Shown piece after piece: positions 19,652 through 32,637 of a stretch of 64,000 nt of DNA (within the stretch, counting starts at the first letter, position 1; every line of letters begins with the position of its first letter). The translations under genes and the position numbers were made by a program. The DNA lies in assembly GCA_019704295.1 (NCBI GenBank), contig AP024596.1:1152001-1216000 (forward strand), read 5' to 3'. The notes beneath the pieces were generated by a model. The model saw nothing but the letters and a program-made list of their open reading frames with translations. It did no database searches and was not told the origin of the DNA. The DNA comes from Sulfolobales archaeon HS-7 (GTDB lineage: Archaea; Thermoproteota; Thermoprotei_A; Sulfolobales; Sulfolobaceae).

Positions 19652-19771
19652 TGTAAGTTAAGTACATTATGACCTAATAACGCTATACCCTCTTCTCACT
19701 CGTAAGCGATATAACACCCTGAGAATACCATTTTATAGGAATATAGGTACATTTATTGAGTTCAGGAGAAA

Positions 19772-20730
19772 ATGCTCAACAAGTTCGTAAGGGTAACACT
19801 TGACGATTACCTTGAATTCGTCTCAAACACCAAGAAGATAAGAATTGGTAATGAGGAAATCGAACTCACTCCAGTGAAAGTAAGGAGAACAGCACCAACG
19901 GCAGAAGAACTAACTGACGTAACAACTACGGTTTGGAGCTTTCCGAAAAGGGGAGGTTGGGCGACTCACCGAGGTAACTATAGGGGAAACTTTGCCCCAC
20001 AGATTCCAAGGGCTGTAATATCCAGGTACTCCAGGGAGGGGGAAACAGTTCTAGATCCTATGGTAGGTAGTGGGACTACGTGTATAGAGGCTAAGCTACT
20101 CGGGAGGAAATGTATAGGAGTCGACGTCAACTATAAATCCGTAATGCTATCTCTTCACCGGCTCTATTGGTTGGAGCAATCGGTATTGACAGGGGACGTT
20201 AAGATGAATTCCCAAGAACTTGAAAGGTTCGCTAAGGCCCAAGTCGAGTTCTATGTGGGGAACGCTGGAGAACTTTCGTGGATTGACGACGAATCAATTG
20301 ACTTGGTAATTACTCACCCACCCTATTTTAATATAATCAAATACGGTACAGAAAATCCCCATGATCTCTCTCAGGCAAGGAATCTGAAGGAATACTTACT
20401 CGGATTAAGGAGTGTCGGGGAAGAAATATATAGAGTTATGAAAAGGGGAAAGGCTTTCGGAATTCTGATAGGAGATACTAGGGAGAAAAAACATTACGTT
20501 CCTATAACAGCTTATGTCTTGATGGAGATGCTGAGTTTAGGTTACGTTCTCAGGGAGGAGATAGTAAAGGTACAGCATAAGATGAAGACAACTAGAGAAA
20601 TTTGGTCTAAGCGGGAGCGAGATTTCCTTTTAATATATCATGAGAAGCTGTATATTTTGGAGAAAAGTGAGGATTCCGGTGAATATAAGAACAGTTCTGG
20701 AATCTTCTTGAAATCTCTGAAGGAACTAAT

Positions 20731-20734
<4 letters not shown>
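19772..20734 (+). CDS. Orphan amino-DNA methyltransferase (N6-A/N4-C)
   Basis: LDPMVGSGTT (motif I) precedes THPPY (motif IV); no restriction enzyme adjacent. Confidence 0.8.
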
Positions 20735-22841
<2,107 letters not shown>

Positions 22842-23036
22842 TTAAATACTTTATTCCAAATTAACTAAATTAGCTAACAACGAAATAAATAAGTATATTA
22901 CGGTAGGAATTAACGTTAGGAGTTGAGCTCTGATTCAGTAATCTAACGTCTCTGAAGACTATGTCCCTGGCCTTAATGTGGTGTACAGCAGAGGCGGAAT
23001 TTTAAGTGAGTAACGCCCCTTCCTCGTTTTCCATAA

Positions 23037-23077
23037 TTTTAAATATCATATTCAGAAATATCATATTCGTGAATATG
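23037..23077 (+). promoter_or_regulatory. TATA box plus tandem/palindromic operator-like element
   Basis: TTTTAAAT, then AAATATCATATTC x2 with 15 bp period; palindrome CATATTC-GT-GAATATG includes the ATG. Confidence 0.6.
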
Positions 23078-24328
23078 GTTAATAGGGAGCGGGAACTTAG
23101 CGCTCTGAAAAAGAGGCTGTCGTCAAACGACTTGGAGTTGATCATAATTTACGGAAGGAGGAGGATAGGAAAGACTTTCCTTGTCCTTAACGCGTTGGAA
23201 GGAGAATCTATCTATTATTTGGCGACAGAGAGGAACAACCTTAGGAAGTTCAAGGAGTTAGCTGAGAATAAGTTCCATGAACTAAAGTACGTAAGGGAGG
23301 AATGGGAATCGATTTTCCACTACCTTAGGGATAAGGTTATCGTAATTGACGAGTTCCCTTACATGATAAAGGAAGACCCGAATGTTTTGTCTACGTTTCA
23401 AAAGATCGTTGATGAAACCTTGAAGGGGAGTAGAAGTAAGATAATCCTGTTGGGCTCTTCCTTATCCGTAATGGAAGACGCTCTGGCTTACAAGAGTCCC
23501 CTTTACGGAAGGAGGACGGCATCAATAGAGCTTAAGGAATTGAAGTTTAAGGACCTAAAGGGGTTCAATTTATCCTTAAGTGATGCCATTGAAATATACG
23601 GCTTCGCGGGAGGAGTTCCCTACTACATACTGAAGGCCAAGGTGCCTTTCTTGGATTGGATTAACCAAGAGTTGAAGCAGATCGATTCCTTCGTGAAAGA
23701 CGAAATAGACTTTATGTTACGATTCGAATTTCTAGAAACAGGCACTTACAAGGAGATACTTCGGGGAATAGCCTCTGGGAAGAATACCCTGGGGGAAATA
23801 AGGGATTACATAAAGATAGGCGGAGAGGTCTCGTCTTATCTAAGGAAACTTGAGAGGATCGGAATCATAGGAAAGGAATTTCCCCTTGGTCAAAGGAAAG
23901 GCGCTAGATATTACGTAAAGGACAACTTTACCTCATTCTGGTTCACGTTCATCTACCCTAACCTCAGTGCAATTGAGGAGGGAGTATATGAGATAAGTGA
24001 GGATGAGTACCATCGATATCTAAGTGAAATTTTCGAGAGGATATGCAGAGAATACATCAAGGACGTGTATAAAGTTAGAGCGGAGAGAGTGTGGCATAAG
24101 GATGTGGAGATAGACGTTTACGGGAGTGGGATAGCCGGCGAGTGTAAGTGGAGCAATAACGTAGACGGCGAAAGAGTACTGTATCAACTGATTAGAAAGG
24201 TTGAGGAACTTGGGTTAAAAGTAAACAGGTATATCGTTTTTGCGAGGGGATTCTCTAAGGTAGGAGGAGAGGCAGAGTTCGTAGATTTAAAAAAACTTGA
24301 GGAATGGTATCGCGGAGGTAGTTCTTGA
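23075..24328 (+). CDS. Archaeal ATPase (ATPase_2) with wHTH and C-terminal DUF234/PD-(D/E)XK-like domain
   Basis: NRERE, GRRRIGKT, IDEFP, DNF..FWF and EID...GECKW motifs. Confidence 0.88.
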   Translation: MVNRERELSALKKRLSSNDLELIIIYGRRRIGKTFLVLNALEGESIYYLATERNNLRKFKELAENKFHELKYVREEWESIFHYLRDKVIVIDEFPYMIKEDPNVLSTFQKIVDETLKGSRSKIILLGSSLSVMEDALAYKSPLYGRRTASIELKELKFKDLKGFNLSLSDAIEIYGFAGGVPYYILKAKVPFLDWINQELKQIDSFVKDEIDFMLRFEFLETGTYKEILRGIASGKNTLGEIRDYIKIGGEVSSYLRKLERIGIIGKEFPLGQRKGARYYVKDNFTSFWFTFIYPNLSAIEEGVYEISEDEYHRYLSEIFERICREYIKDVYKVRAERVWHKDVEIDVYGSGIAGECKWSNNVDGERVLYQLIRKVEELGLKVNRYIVFARGFSKVGGEAEFVDLKKLEEWYRGGSS

Positions 24329-24754
24329 TAGGGAGAGTGAACTAGAGAGTACTATTTTGAATTTTATCTGATATGGACGAAAATTAAAAACAACAGTTTC
24401 AACTGCCTCAAGCGTTAGTTAAGGGTCGACTATAGATTCCTTTGAAAATTACTACAGCAAAGTTGTAAATACCGGGATATAAAAATAGCAGATTCAACCC
24501 TACTCCACCGGAAGAGGAGATATAAGCGATCTAAGGAGCAGGTTGGAGATGGATAAGTTACATAAGACGCGAGCCAAAACAGCCTGCTCCGAATAGGGCT
24601 TGAGTACCTGTTCTTCATGACGGTTAACACGGACAGGGTAATTCGACCCGTTAACATGAAGGGAGTGAAACTCCTCAGAACCGTTGAAACAGGTTAGGAG
24701 TGCCCTATGTCTGAATACGTTTAAGTCGCGTTAAAGTAGAACAATCTCTATCAT

Positions 24755-25213
24755 CTAAATTCCTGATTCGAAACTTACCCTGCATTTTCTAATAGTTCTC
24801 CCTACAATAAATTTTCCATAAGGCAGTTCAAGTATCGCACCGTATTTTCTTATCTCATTACTCCAACTTTCCAATTTCTCGTAAGCGTTAATTTTGTCAT
24901 ACGTAACGCAGAACGCTATAGACACTCCCATTAGAACAGTTCCGAGAGTTAGATTATTTTCGAATTGATCCGTTGTCATAATAGTAGTGTCCAAATAAAC
25001 ACCCGTATCTTTAAGGAATTTTAACCTTACCTCGTTAAACCTCAATCGTTTTGACTCGTCCTCTACAACGAGTAATACATCTAAATCAGAGTCCTTGCGG
25101 TATTTACCTATAACCCTGCTTCCAAAGAATATTATTGCAAGTGTTTCGTTTCCTTTTAACAACGAAGTAGCTATCCTAAATAACTCCATGTTTTCTAAGG
25201 TATTTTTCTGCAA
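24755..25213 (-). CDS. Minimal nucleotidyltransferase (MNT) antitoxin
   Basis: FFGSR..G...DSDLD motif; overlaps the HEPN gene. Confidence 0.85.
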   Translation of the reverse strand: MQKNTLENMELFRIATSLLKGNETLAIIFFGSRVIGKYRKDSDLDVLLVVEDESKRLRFNEVRLKFLKDTGVYLDTTIMTTDQFENNLTLGTVLMGVSIAFCVTYDKINAYEKLESWSNEIRKYGAILELPYGKFIVGRTIRKCRVSFESGI

Positions 25214-25604
25214 TCCCGATCACTTGTTCAGAGTACTCTATTCCTCGTTTGCACATTTCTTCGTTAACAAACTCCTCAGGAGTAGTTATGTTATTCCCAT
25301 TAAAGAATGGATATCTTGAGATGTTCCATGCGCTGGAAAGGTAGTCTAGTGCATTCAGAACTACGTCTAATTCGTTTCCAATATCTTGTAAAAGGTTTGA
25401 AGCGTCTGCTATGACGTCGTGCTCCTTCTTATATACTAGTTTTAGCTCCAACATGGCTTTTACGCTTTTCTCAACAGATTGCTGAGAGTAGAAGAAGCAC
25501 TCAGGATAATCTTTAAGCTCTAGGGCCCTCTTGGCTCTAACGTTATCCTGTTTTGCAACGTTATAGAAAGCCCTAGCATACTCCCTGAACTTAGGAGGAA
25601 TCAC
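25176..25604 (-). CDS. HEPN domain protein (COG2250 type)
   Basis: FYSQQSVEKSVKA, EHD and SRYP motifs. Confidence 0.87.
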   Translation of the reverse strand: MIPPKFREYARAFYNVAKQDNVRAKRALELKDYPECFFYSQQSVEKSVKAMLELKLVYKKEHDVIADASNLLQDIGNELDVVLNALDYLSSAWNISRYPFFNGNNITTPEEFVNEEMCKRGIEYSEQVIGIAEKYLRKHGVI

Positions 25605-25707
25605 AGGTTATTTAAAAAGTAAGCGAATAAATTGTTTTGCCCTATCAGCTCATTTGACATCTTCAATTAGTATGAGAGGTCATACAGTTAAAGAGCTCTA
25701 AGGTGAA

Positions 25708-25739
25708 GATGCCCCGTCCGTAAGGGCGTGGTAGTTCAC
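25708..25739 (+). mobile_element. Solo IS200/IS605-family right-end remnant
   Basis: GATGCCCCGTCCGTAAGGGCGTGGTAGTTCAC: subterminal hairpin followed by TCAC; no tnpA/tnpB adjacent. Confidence 0.65.
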
Positions 25740-25940
25740 ACAGTTCATAATCTTTGTGAGATTTGTGGGAGAAAGTAGGGTTTACGCACCCGAGAGGGTA
25801 GGGGATTTAGAGAGACGTCAAAATATCTTCTAGATGTATTTGCGAACCAGGTTGAAATGCTTACTGGATAGGACTTGCACTCCCGTGTGGCCCTAACCGC
25901 GACCAATAACACTTAAATTTACGTAGCCCGAACTATCCTC

Positions 25941-26408
25941 GTGGAGAAGGAACTCGTCGACGCGTTTCTGAAGGTATACGGGGAAGATCTAATCTCCCTC
26001 GTCCTCTTCGGATCCTATGCTAGGGGAGAGCAGAGAAAAGATAGCGACATCGACGTATTGGTTGTCCTCAAAGAGATTAATGACAGGTACGAGGTAATGA
26101 AGAAGTTCATTAAGGTCGACGATATCCTGGAAACTACCTTGTACCCTGAGTTAAGGAAAGAAGGCTTTGATCCATACGTTTCTCCGGTAATTTACGACGT
26201 AAACACTGCCGCGAGGTTCAGGCCCCTCTACATTATGGTTGTGTTTGAGGCGAGGATTCTCTACGACAGAGGCGGAGTGATGGAAAAAACCTTTTATAGG
26301 ATCAGGAAGAGGCTTGAGGAACTAGGAGCAAAGAGGGAAAGGCTAGGTAGGGGCTATGTGGTGACTTTGACAAAGGTAAAGCCGGGGGAGGTAGTTAACT
26401 TTGAATAA
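25941..26408 (+). CDS. Minimal nucleotidyltransferase (MNT) antitoxin
   Basis: LFGSYARGE...SDID motif. Confidence 0.9.
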   Translation: MEKELVDAFLKVYGEDLISLVLFGSYARGEQRKDSDIDVLVVLKEINDRYEVMKKFIKVDDILETTLYPELRKEGFDPYVSPVIYDVNTAARFRPLYIMVVFEARILYDRGGVMEKTFYRIRKRLEELGAKRERLGRGYVVTLTKVKPGEVVNFE

Positions 26409-26832
26409 CCTGGAACTGGCGGAAGGGCTTTTACAGGAGGCAAAGATAAGGATTGAGTACGTAGAACTGGACTTGAAGCAGAACAAGGACTACGCCTTTT
26501 GCGTAAGGTTATCTCAGGAGAGCGTTGAATTGAGTATAAAGTCGATGTTGAGGGTCTTATCGATAGAGTACTCAAAGACCTATGACCCAGGTAGAATCCT
26601 CGAGGCAAACAGAGATAAGCTGCCCGACTGGTTAAGCGAGGAGTTAAACAGCGTAACGTACGTCTCTAGATGGTTAAGGGCGGAGAGGGAGCCATCTATG
26701 TATGGTGATGAGGTTGAAGGAATTCCACCTAGTGAGCTCTACAATGAGGATTACTGTGTAAAGGCTATGGAGGCTGCCAGGAAGGTTCTCAAGTTAGCGG
26801 AGAGGCTCATCTACGAGGTCAAGAGGAAATAG
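26401..26832 (+). CDS. HEPN domain protein (COG2250 type)
   Basis: SQESVELSIKS and REPSMYG motifs; overlaps the MNT stop. Confidence 0.87.
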   Translation: MNNLELAEGLLQEAKIRIEYVELDLKQNKDYAFCVRLSQESVELSIKSMLRVLSIEYSKTYDPGRILEANRDKLPDWLSEELNSVTYVSRWLRAEREPSMYGDEVEGIPPSELYNEDYCVKAMEAARKVLKLAERLIYEVKRK

Positions 26833-27213
26833 AGGACTCTCAAAGAACCTTGGAAGGTGAGAAGCTCACCGAGGACACATCTCTAAGTGCGTCTTTTTGG
26901 TACCCAGTAATCTTGCTCTACCTAAGATATTAAACCTTCCAAGGGGAAAACGCGTAACACTAGGGATAAGGATAACAAGTCCCTACAATGGTTAGTCTAA
27001 TGGGGCTCAGGTTGTCCGAGACAGAAGAGTCAGGGACGACGTTGACGTAAGTAGCGTTCTGGACTCGCTGTTCTCATAACCACGTTAGAGGCGAAGCATG
27101 TAGTGCCTTGTGTAGACTCACCCCCTCATCTCTTGTGCTACGTTTTTTCCCCGTGGAAATGGTTACCCTGTTGTTAAGGGTTCGACATATAACTTTTCAT
27201 AGTTACGTGTGCA

Positions 27214-28296
27214 TCACTTTCTTAAGTAGAACGATAAAATGGGATCTATGACCCTGTATTCATGATCCACCTTATCCACAAGCCCTCGATTTTTTAGTAT
27301 CTTTATCACTCTATATATATTTGATACTTTAACTTCACTTAATTTATCTTCTCTCGCCAAACCTTTTAACACCTTGATCTCGTTCTTTGTAAGACCCTCC
27401 AGGTCTCTCCTCAACTCTATCTCTACGTTAGGATCTTCAAGGAAGACCTCTATCTTACATTCCCTCTCAAACACTAAACCGGCCAAATTCAACCACGCAG
27501 GAATACCCTCAGTTATTTCGTAGACTTTCTCGTAATGCTCTTTACACCTATCCTTTAACCCCTCGTCTAGGAACCTTACCGACGTTTCTTTGTCAAATGG
27601 TTTGAGTCTCTCGATTTTGAAGTAATTGTAAAAGGGCTCTTTAGCTCCAGTTATCATTTCCTCAATTATCCCTGTTTCCGACCCTGAGATCATTACCTCA
27701 ACGTTTTTACTTTCCTGTAATCTTTTCCTAGTTAACTCCAAGATCTTCGGAAACGGCTATCTAAGAGTTCTAACCTTTTGAAACTCGTCTATCATAAGCA
27801 CTACGTTCTTCCCGCTGTCCTCGGCTATCCTTTGAGGTAAAAGCAAAACGTGATCCAGGATTTCACTCGGTTTCAACTTACTTTCCTTGAAAAGAGTGTA
27901 ACGATCAATGTAAGACTCTAAATTCGGCATCTTGACGCTTAAGGTCTTGATCGAACCTAGAAACTGATTTAACGACCCCACTATAGAGGACGAGATGTTC
28001 TTGGTCTTTATTTTAAGCGACTTAGATAGTGCGTCCAACACCAGCTTGCTGGTAATCTCATCAGCGAATTCCTCTATTAACGATATTCCCTCTAAACTTA
28101 TCTTTGCAACTACGTATTCACTGCTCAACTTAACCCTAATGTAGTTGAGGAGTGAGGACTTACCCGTCCTCCTGGGAGCTAATAATGCTACGGGCTGTCT
28201 TCTACTAACATAATTAAGTAATAGGGCAACGTAATCCTCTCTATCGAAGAACTCGTCCTCCTCAGTTAACTCTCTGCCAAATACGAATTTGACTAT
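27214..28296 (-). pseudogene. Archaeal ATPase-wHTH gene with ATA in place of the start codon and an internal TAG
   Basis: One reading frame: (ATA)VKFVFGREL..FFDRE..APRRTGKSS..IDEFQ..LR*PFPKILELTR..; TAG at 27757-27759. Confidence 0.85.
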
Positions 28297-29370
28297 ACGC
28301 TACCGATAGTCTATCGATACCGTAGTTAAAATTATTTTACACTATTCGTCCTCAAGCAGTTATCTTATTCAATAATAGAGAGTAAGAATACAGAGCATAA
28401 CGAGGACTAATTCCCTCAAGATATTCACCATGATAGAGGATCTAGGAGGGGGTAAGTTTAATCCAGTTAACGTTTACTTGCAAGGACAGCGAGACTTAAC
28501 ACAGATACCATGGGATTCTCTTTCTCCCACAAAGTTTAATAACCTGGAGACGGTACTAAACAGGCAATAAATGTTATTTACTTTGAAAACTTAATTTTAA
28601 GTATAAAGTAACCCACTTTACAATGCTTACTCAGGACAATAAGACAGGGGGATTACGAGAAATTAAACTCTTTTCCTGACTTCCTAGGCTTAAAAGTATC
28701 TGGTTCTACCCTCTAGAAACTTTGAACTTATTACGTCGAAAACCTCTTTTTAGCTTCATTTTCGAGAGAATGTCATTACCTGTGAGTACACTTAATAAAC
28801 TTAATTTAATATTACCCCTCCCTTCGTAATTAAGCCAATTTTATTTTAAAGAGATGTATCTTATAACTTATAGTTTATTTAGTTGTTCACGTTAATTACG
28901 TACTGGTCACTGTCACCTCCTAGTGTAGGTATTCGTTCAATTGCCTATTCAGCTCAACAGTAGGCGACTCACGGGAATGTAACTGCGTGGAGCTCACATA
29001 TCCGCAAGGTTCACCCTTTTGGGCACACCATTATCTGCATAAGGGATTATATTAATCGAAAAATTCAAAATAAACGAATATAAAGATTTCTATTATGAAA
29101 AAGGATTTAGTCCTACATTGTGGTTCACTCTAAATTTGTTTTTCCTTCATACTACATAGGCAGTTCACGTCTTCTTTGCCAATTTAGTTTATTTCAAAAA
29201 TTGTAACAAATTTAATTCAATACTACCGCAATGACTTGTGGGGATTTACGCTCAATGACTTACTTTATTTCATCATCTTTCTCTGAATTACAATTCGCAA
29301 AGGAACCCTTAATGGCCCATGCCGCTGGTCATAGTGGGTTTTTAAATTACAATATACGATATTCTAATAT

Positions 29371-30045
29371 ATGAGTGAAAAGATCGTCAACGACGTCATT
29401 AATAATCCTCGGCTCTTGTCGTCGTTGGCTGAAAAAGTCTATGAAAGGCTTAGGGATGACGTGATCATAAAGAAGCTAGAGGAGAATAGTGAAGCGATTA
29501 AGTCCATGCAAGAGGAGGTAAAGAAGCACGGTGAGGCCATTGAGAAGCTAGAGCAGGCAGTTATCAAGCAAGGGGAGGCAATACAAAAGCTCCAACTTAC
29601 AGTAGACGAGCACAGTAAGGCCATCAAGAGGTTAGGGTGGGAGATTAAGAGGTTATCAGTTGAGGTCGGTAGTTTTACAAATAGGGCCGGGAAGGGGATG
29701 GAGAAGACTATGCTCAAACTTTATAAGAAGGCTTTACAGCTCCATGATGTCGACCCGACTAAAGTACAGCATGGTCTAATAGTCGATGACGTCGGTATCA
29801 TAGAAAAGGGCAAGGCTTTTGAGGTAGACTTTTATGAGACAAACGATTACGTCTATGTATTTGAGATCAAAAATTTTGCAGATGAGGGGGCGTTAGAACA
29901 GATTATCATTAGGAAGAAGCTCTTCTCTGCAAAGTATAAGGATAAGAAGTTGAAATTGTTCTTAATTGCTAACTTTGTCGATAAGAAGGTCAGAAAACCG
30001 TTAAAAGAAGAGGGCGTGGAAATTATAGCCTCCCACGTGGTATGA
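29371..30045 (+). CDS. Coiled-coil protein with C-terminal PD-(D/E)XK nuclease-like domain (DUF3782-like)
   Basis: Heptad repeats (HGEAIEKL/QGEAIQKL/HSKAIKRL), then EVDFY..FEIK. Confidence 0.75.
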   Translation: MSEKIVNDVINNPRLLSSLAEKVYERLRDDVIIKKLEENSEAIKSMQEEVKKHGEAIEKLEQAVIKQGEAIQKLQLTVDEHSKAIKRLGWEIKRLSVEVGSFTNRAGKGMEKTMLKLYKKALQLHDVDPTKVQHGLIVDDVGIIEKGKAFEVDFYETNDYVYVFEIKNFADEGALEQIIIRKKLFSAKYKDKKLKLFLIANFVDKKVRKPLKEEGVEIIASHVV

Positions 30046-30388
30046 GTTAAGGGCTGAACGATACAAAAACGAGTAGTATATGACACTGAATTGTGGTACA
30101 ATGAGTGTTAATCTCACATTTTCAGCCAGCCCTGTCAATACATGCCGAACCCTAACTGCCCTGTTCTTCTCTCATAACGCCGGTAATAATAAAGAGTACG
30201 ACTTCCATCATAATTAGTAGTTACTTTTCGTAGCCACTAGTATTTCCAGCATCATCACTCCATCTCCCTCCTCGTGCCTAGGTATCGATAAAACAATCTC
30301 ATTTTTGAACCGCTCATTATAATTTTAACTCTTTTTAAATTATCAAAGGAGTAGGCAAATGAATAAAGTAAATTTACCCCTGAGGTAG

Positions 30389-30665
30389 GAGTGTTCTCAT
30401 GCAGTCTCCTATTCGATATTTATATGTAAAATTATATTAGTAATGCGATATATCGTATTCACCTAGAATAGCCCCTCAATAGCATTAGCCACCTAAAAAA
30501 TCACTGTGCCAACAATGTTCAGTAAAGCACCGCTTAATCAACCATCAACCTTATACCTTCTCACTAAATTGGTTAACGAGTTTAATTACCGTTAAAGAAG
30601 TCGTTTCTAATCAAGTAGTAATTTCACTACAACTTATCGAATAAGATGACTGTATGAGAACACTC
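30389..30665. mobile_element. MITE-like non-autonomous element with terminal inverted repeats
   Basis: GAGTGTTCTCATGCAGTC...GACTGTATGAGAACACTC ends; 277 bp; no long ORF; no TSD seen. Confidence 0.7.
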
Positions 30666-30788
30666 CTCGAGGGTTCCGAGGTCCACGGTACTCGCCTAAA
30701 GAACCTCGAGGCCCTCGCACATAAGTCTTTTCTAAGTCCAGTTTATCCTTAAGTTTTCGAGTGTATAGGCTGAAGAAACTAGAACAGT

Positions 30789-30866
30789 CGTTAAAGAAGT
30801 AATTTTTTCGTTATACTAATATTTTTACTGTCAACTATAGAATAAGATGACTGCATGAGAACACTC
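30789..30866 (+). repeat. Partial second copy of the MITE right end
   Basis: CGTTAAAGAAGT...GAATAAGATGACTGCATGAGAACACTC. Confidence 0.7.
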
Positions 30867-31181
30867 CCAACACTCCACCGGAAACACTCTATTCGGAATA
30901 CGACGCACAACAATCGATCATGATGGCAGAGGAAATACTGGATTACTAAAAGAAACTGTTTGACGAGAAAAGGAGCAAGTGGCTGGAGACATGATTTGAT
31001 CTGCCTTTTAGACCTGCGTATTTCATTATTCCATTTTTATTAATAATGATACTTTGACTACTCTAAAAACTAAATCGTCCTTGGTCAAGGTCCCACAGGA
31101 GAATTCGTGCAGAGGAAGAGAAGTTACAGGACTTAAGACCACTTGCTATTACTCGGACTTTTATGGGCGTAACCAGTTTAG

Positions 31182-31334
31182 CAGTGTTCTCATACAGTCA
31201 TCTTATTCGATAAGTTGTAGTGAAATTACTACTTGATCAGGATGCCTTCTTTTAACGATAATTAACCTCGTTAACCAATTTAGTGGGAAAGGTATAGGGT
31301 TATAAGGTGTTAACTAATGCCTTACTGGACATTG
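31182..31334 (-). repeat. Inverted ~150 bp copy of the MITE right half
   Basis: Reverse complement aligns with ~30513-30664, including the identical ATCAAGTAGTAATTTCACTACAACTTATCGAATAAGATGACTGTATGAGAACACT. Confidence 0.8.
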
Positions 31335-31344
31335 CTTGCTTTTT

Positions 31345-32628
31345 CTAAGGATTTTGGAACCCTAACATCCACTTCCACCCCTTCAAGATTTTTATACCGT
31401 AAGCCTCCTTCTCCTCATCATCGAAAGTTATGATGTAGGCGGGAATCCTCTTTCTTCTCAAAACTTCCTTTAGTCCCTTGATTTCCCTTTCGTCATTTAA
31501 GGTGAAAGTAGCCTGATATGCCTCTTTTATCTCGTTACCTTGACGAATTATGAAATCAACTTCGTTCTTTCCTCGATAATAAAATATGGAATCTCCGCCA
31601 TACCTTCTCCTAAGTTCCAGATAGACCGCGTTCTCAAGAAGAGAGCCTAAGCTTTCGTTAAGCCTGTATCCTACTACGTTTGACAGTCCCTGATCTACGG
31701 AATATACTTTCTTCTCTCCCCTCATCATTTCCGAGAAAGACGGAGACAATGCTGGTACTAGATAAATCAGGATAGAGTCCTGTATACAAGAAGTAAACCT
31801 TTCAATCGTCCTGAGGGGTATTCTCAAAGAGCGAGAGAGCCTTCTAAAGGAGATCCTATTTCCTATGTTAGATATGTAAAATAGCGTTAAGATCTTCATT
31901 TTTTCCGAGTTTCTTACTTTACAGTTCTCTATAACGTCTCGCGTCAAAATATCATTATAAAGCTCAAGTAGGATCTTGTCCTTCAAGTTACTGTTAACTA
32001 CTGAGGGGAAACCGCCGAATCTTAAGAAATCTAGAAATAACTTCTTTATCTCGCTTTCGTTGGCTAGCAACTCCAAGGTTGTGCTTACTTTCATCCCTTT
32101 GAATGATAAAAATTCCTTAAACGATAAGGGGAGCACTTCCGTGGAAATGTGCCTACCTGATAGTACTTCCCTAACTTTCCCCTTGTTCATAATTGATGTA
32201 GACCCGGAGACGGCAACGTAAGCTCCCTTTCTGTCCACTAAGGACCTAACAAACCCTTCCCAATTCCTAACCTTGTGAATCTCGTCCAAGAAGATGTACG
32301 GTTTTCCCTTTGCCCCTGTCTCCTCCGTATATATATTTAAAACTTCAAACAATTTCTCTGCAGAGTCGACCTCAGACAACCTAGCGTCCTCGAAGTTAAT
32401 GATCAATGACAGGAAGGGACTCACGCCTTTCTCTTTTATTAGATAATTAACGATCTGATTAAATATGGTTGACTTACCGCTCCTTTTCACTCCCACTACA
32501 TCCGCTACGAAATCCGCTTCCATTATCTCTAGGACTTTCCTGGTATAATGTCTGGGATGTCCTATGAATTGCTCCCTGTACCAGAAGTTCCAATCAATTA
32601 GTGCCCTTATCACGTTTTCCCTATTCAT
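31345..32628 (-). CDS. AAA_14 ATPase with HTH and DUF4143-like C-terminus
   Basis: GVKRSGKST, FLDEIH, LSGR, GGFP, ENAVY and EVDF motifs; ATG at 32628 preferred over the TTG inside the upstream repeat. Confidence 0.88.
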   Translation of the reverse strand: MNRENVIRALIDWNFWYREQFIGHPRHYTRKVLEIMEADFVADVVGVKRSGKSTIFNQIVNYLIKEKGVSPFLSLIINFEDARLSEVDSAEKLFEVLNIYTEETGAKGKPYIFLDEIHKVRNWEGFVRSLVDRKGAYVAVSGSTSIMNKGKVREVLSGRHISTEVLPLSFKEFLSFKGMKVSTTLELLANESEIKKLFLDFLRFGGFPSVVNSNLKDKILLELYNDILTRDVIENCKVRNSEKMKILTLFYISNIGNRISFRRLSRSLRIPLRTIERFTSCIQDSILIYLVPALSPSFSEMMRGEKKVYSVDQGLSNVVGYRLNESLGSLLENAVYLELRRRYGGDSIFYYRGKNEVDFIIRQGNEIKEAYQATFTLNDEREIKGLKEVLRRKRIPAYIITFDDEEKEAYGIKILKGWKWMLGFQNP

Positions 32629-32637
32629 AAGAGGCCT

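Noticed and set aside
24420-24700. Possible gene remnant after the ATPase
   Set aside because: Protein-like stretches with stops but no recognisable family
25740-25756. Putative TnpB guide resembling AGTTCATAA in the ATPase operator at 32648
   Set aside because: Only about 9 nt of AT-rich identity, expected by chance
30389-31210. Repeated ~28 bp motif considered as a CRISPR array
   Set aside because: Copies are in both orientations with irregular 200-340 bp spacing; this fits transposon ends
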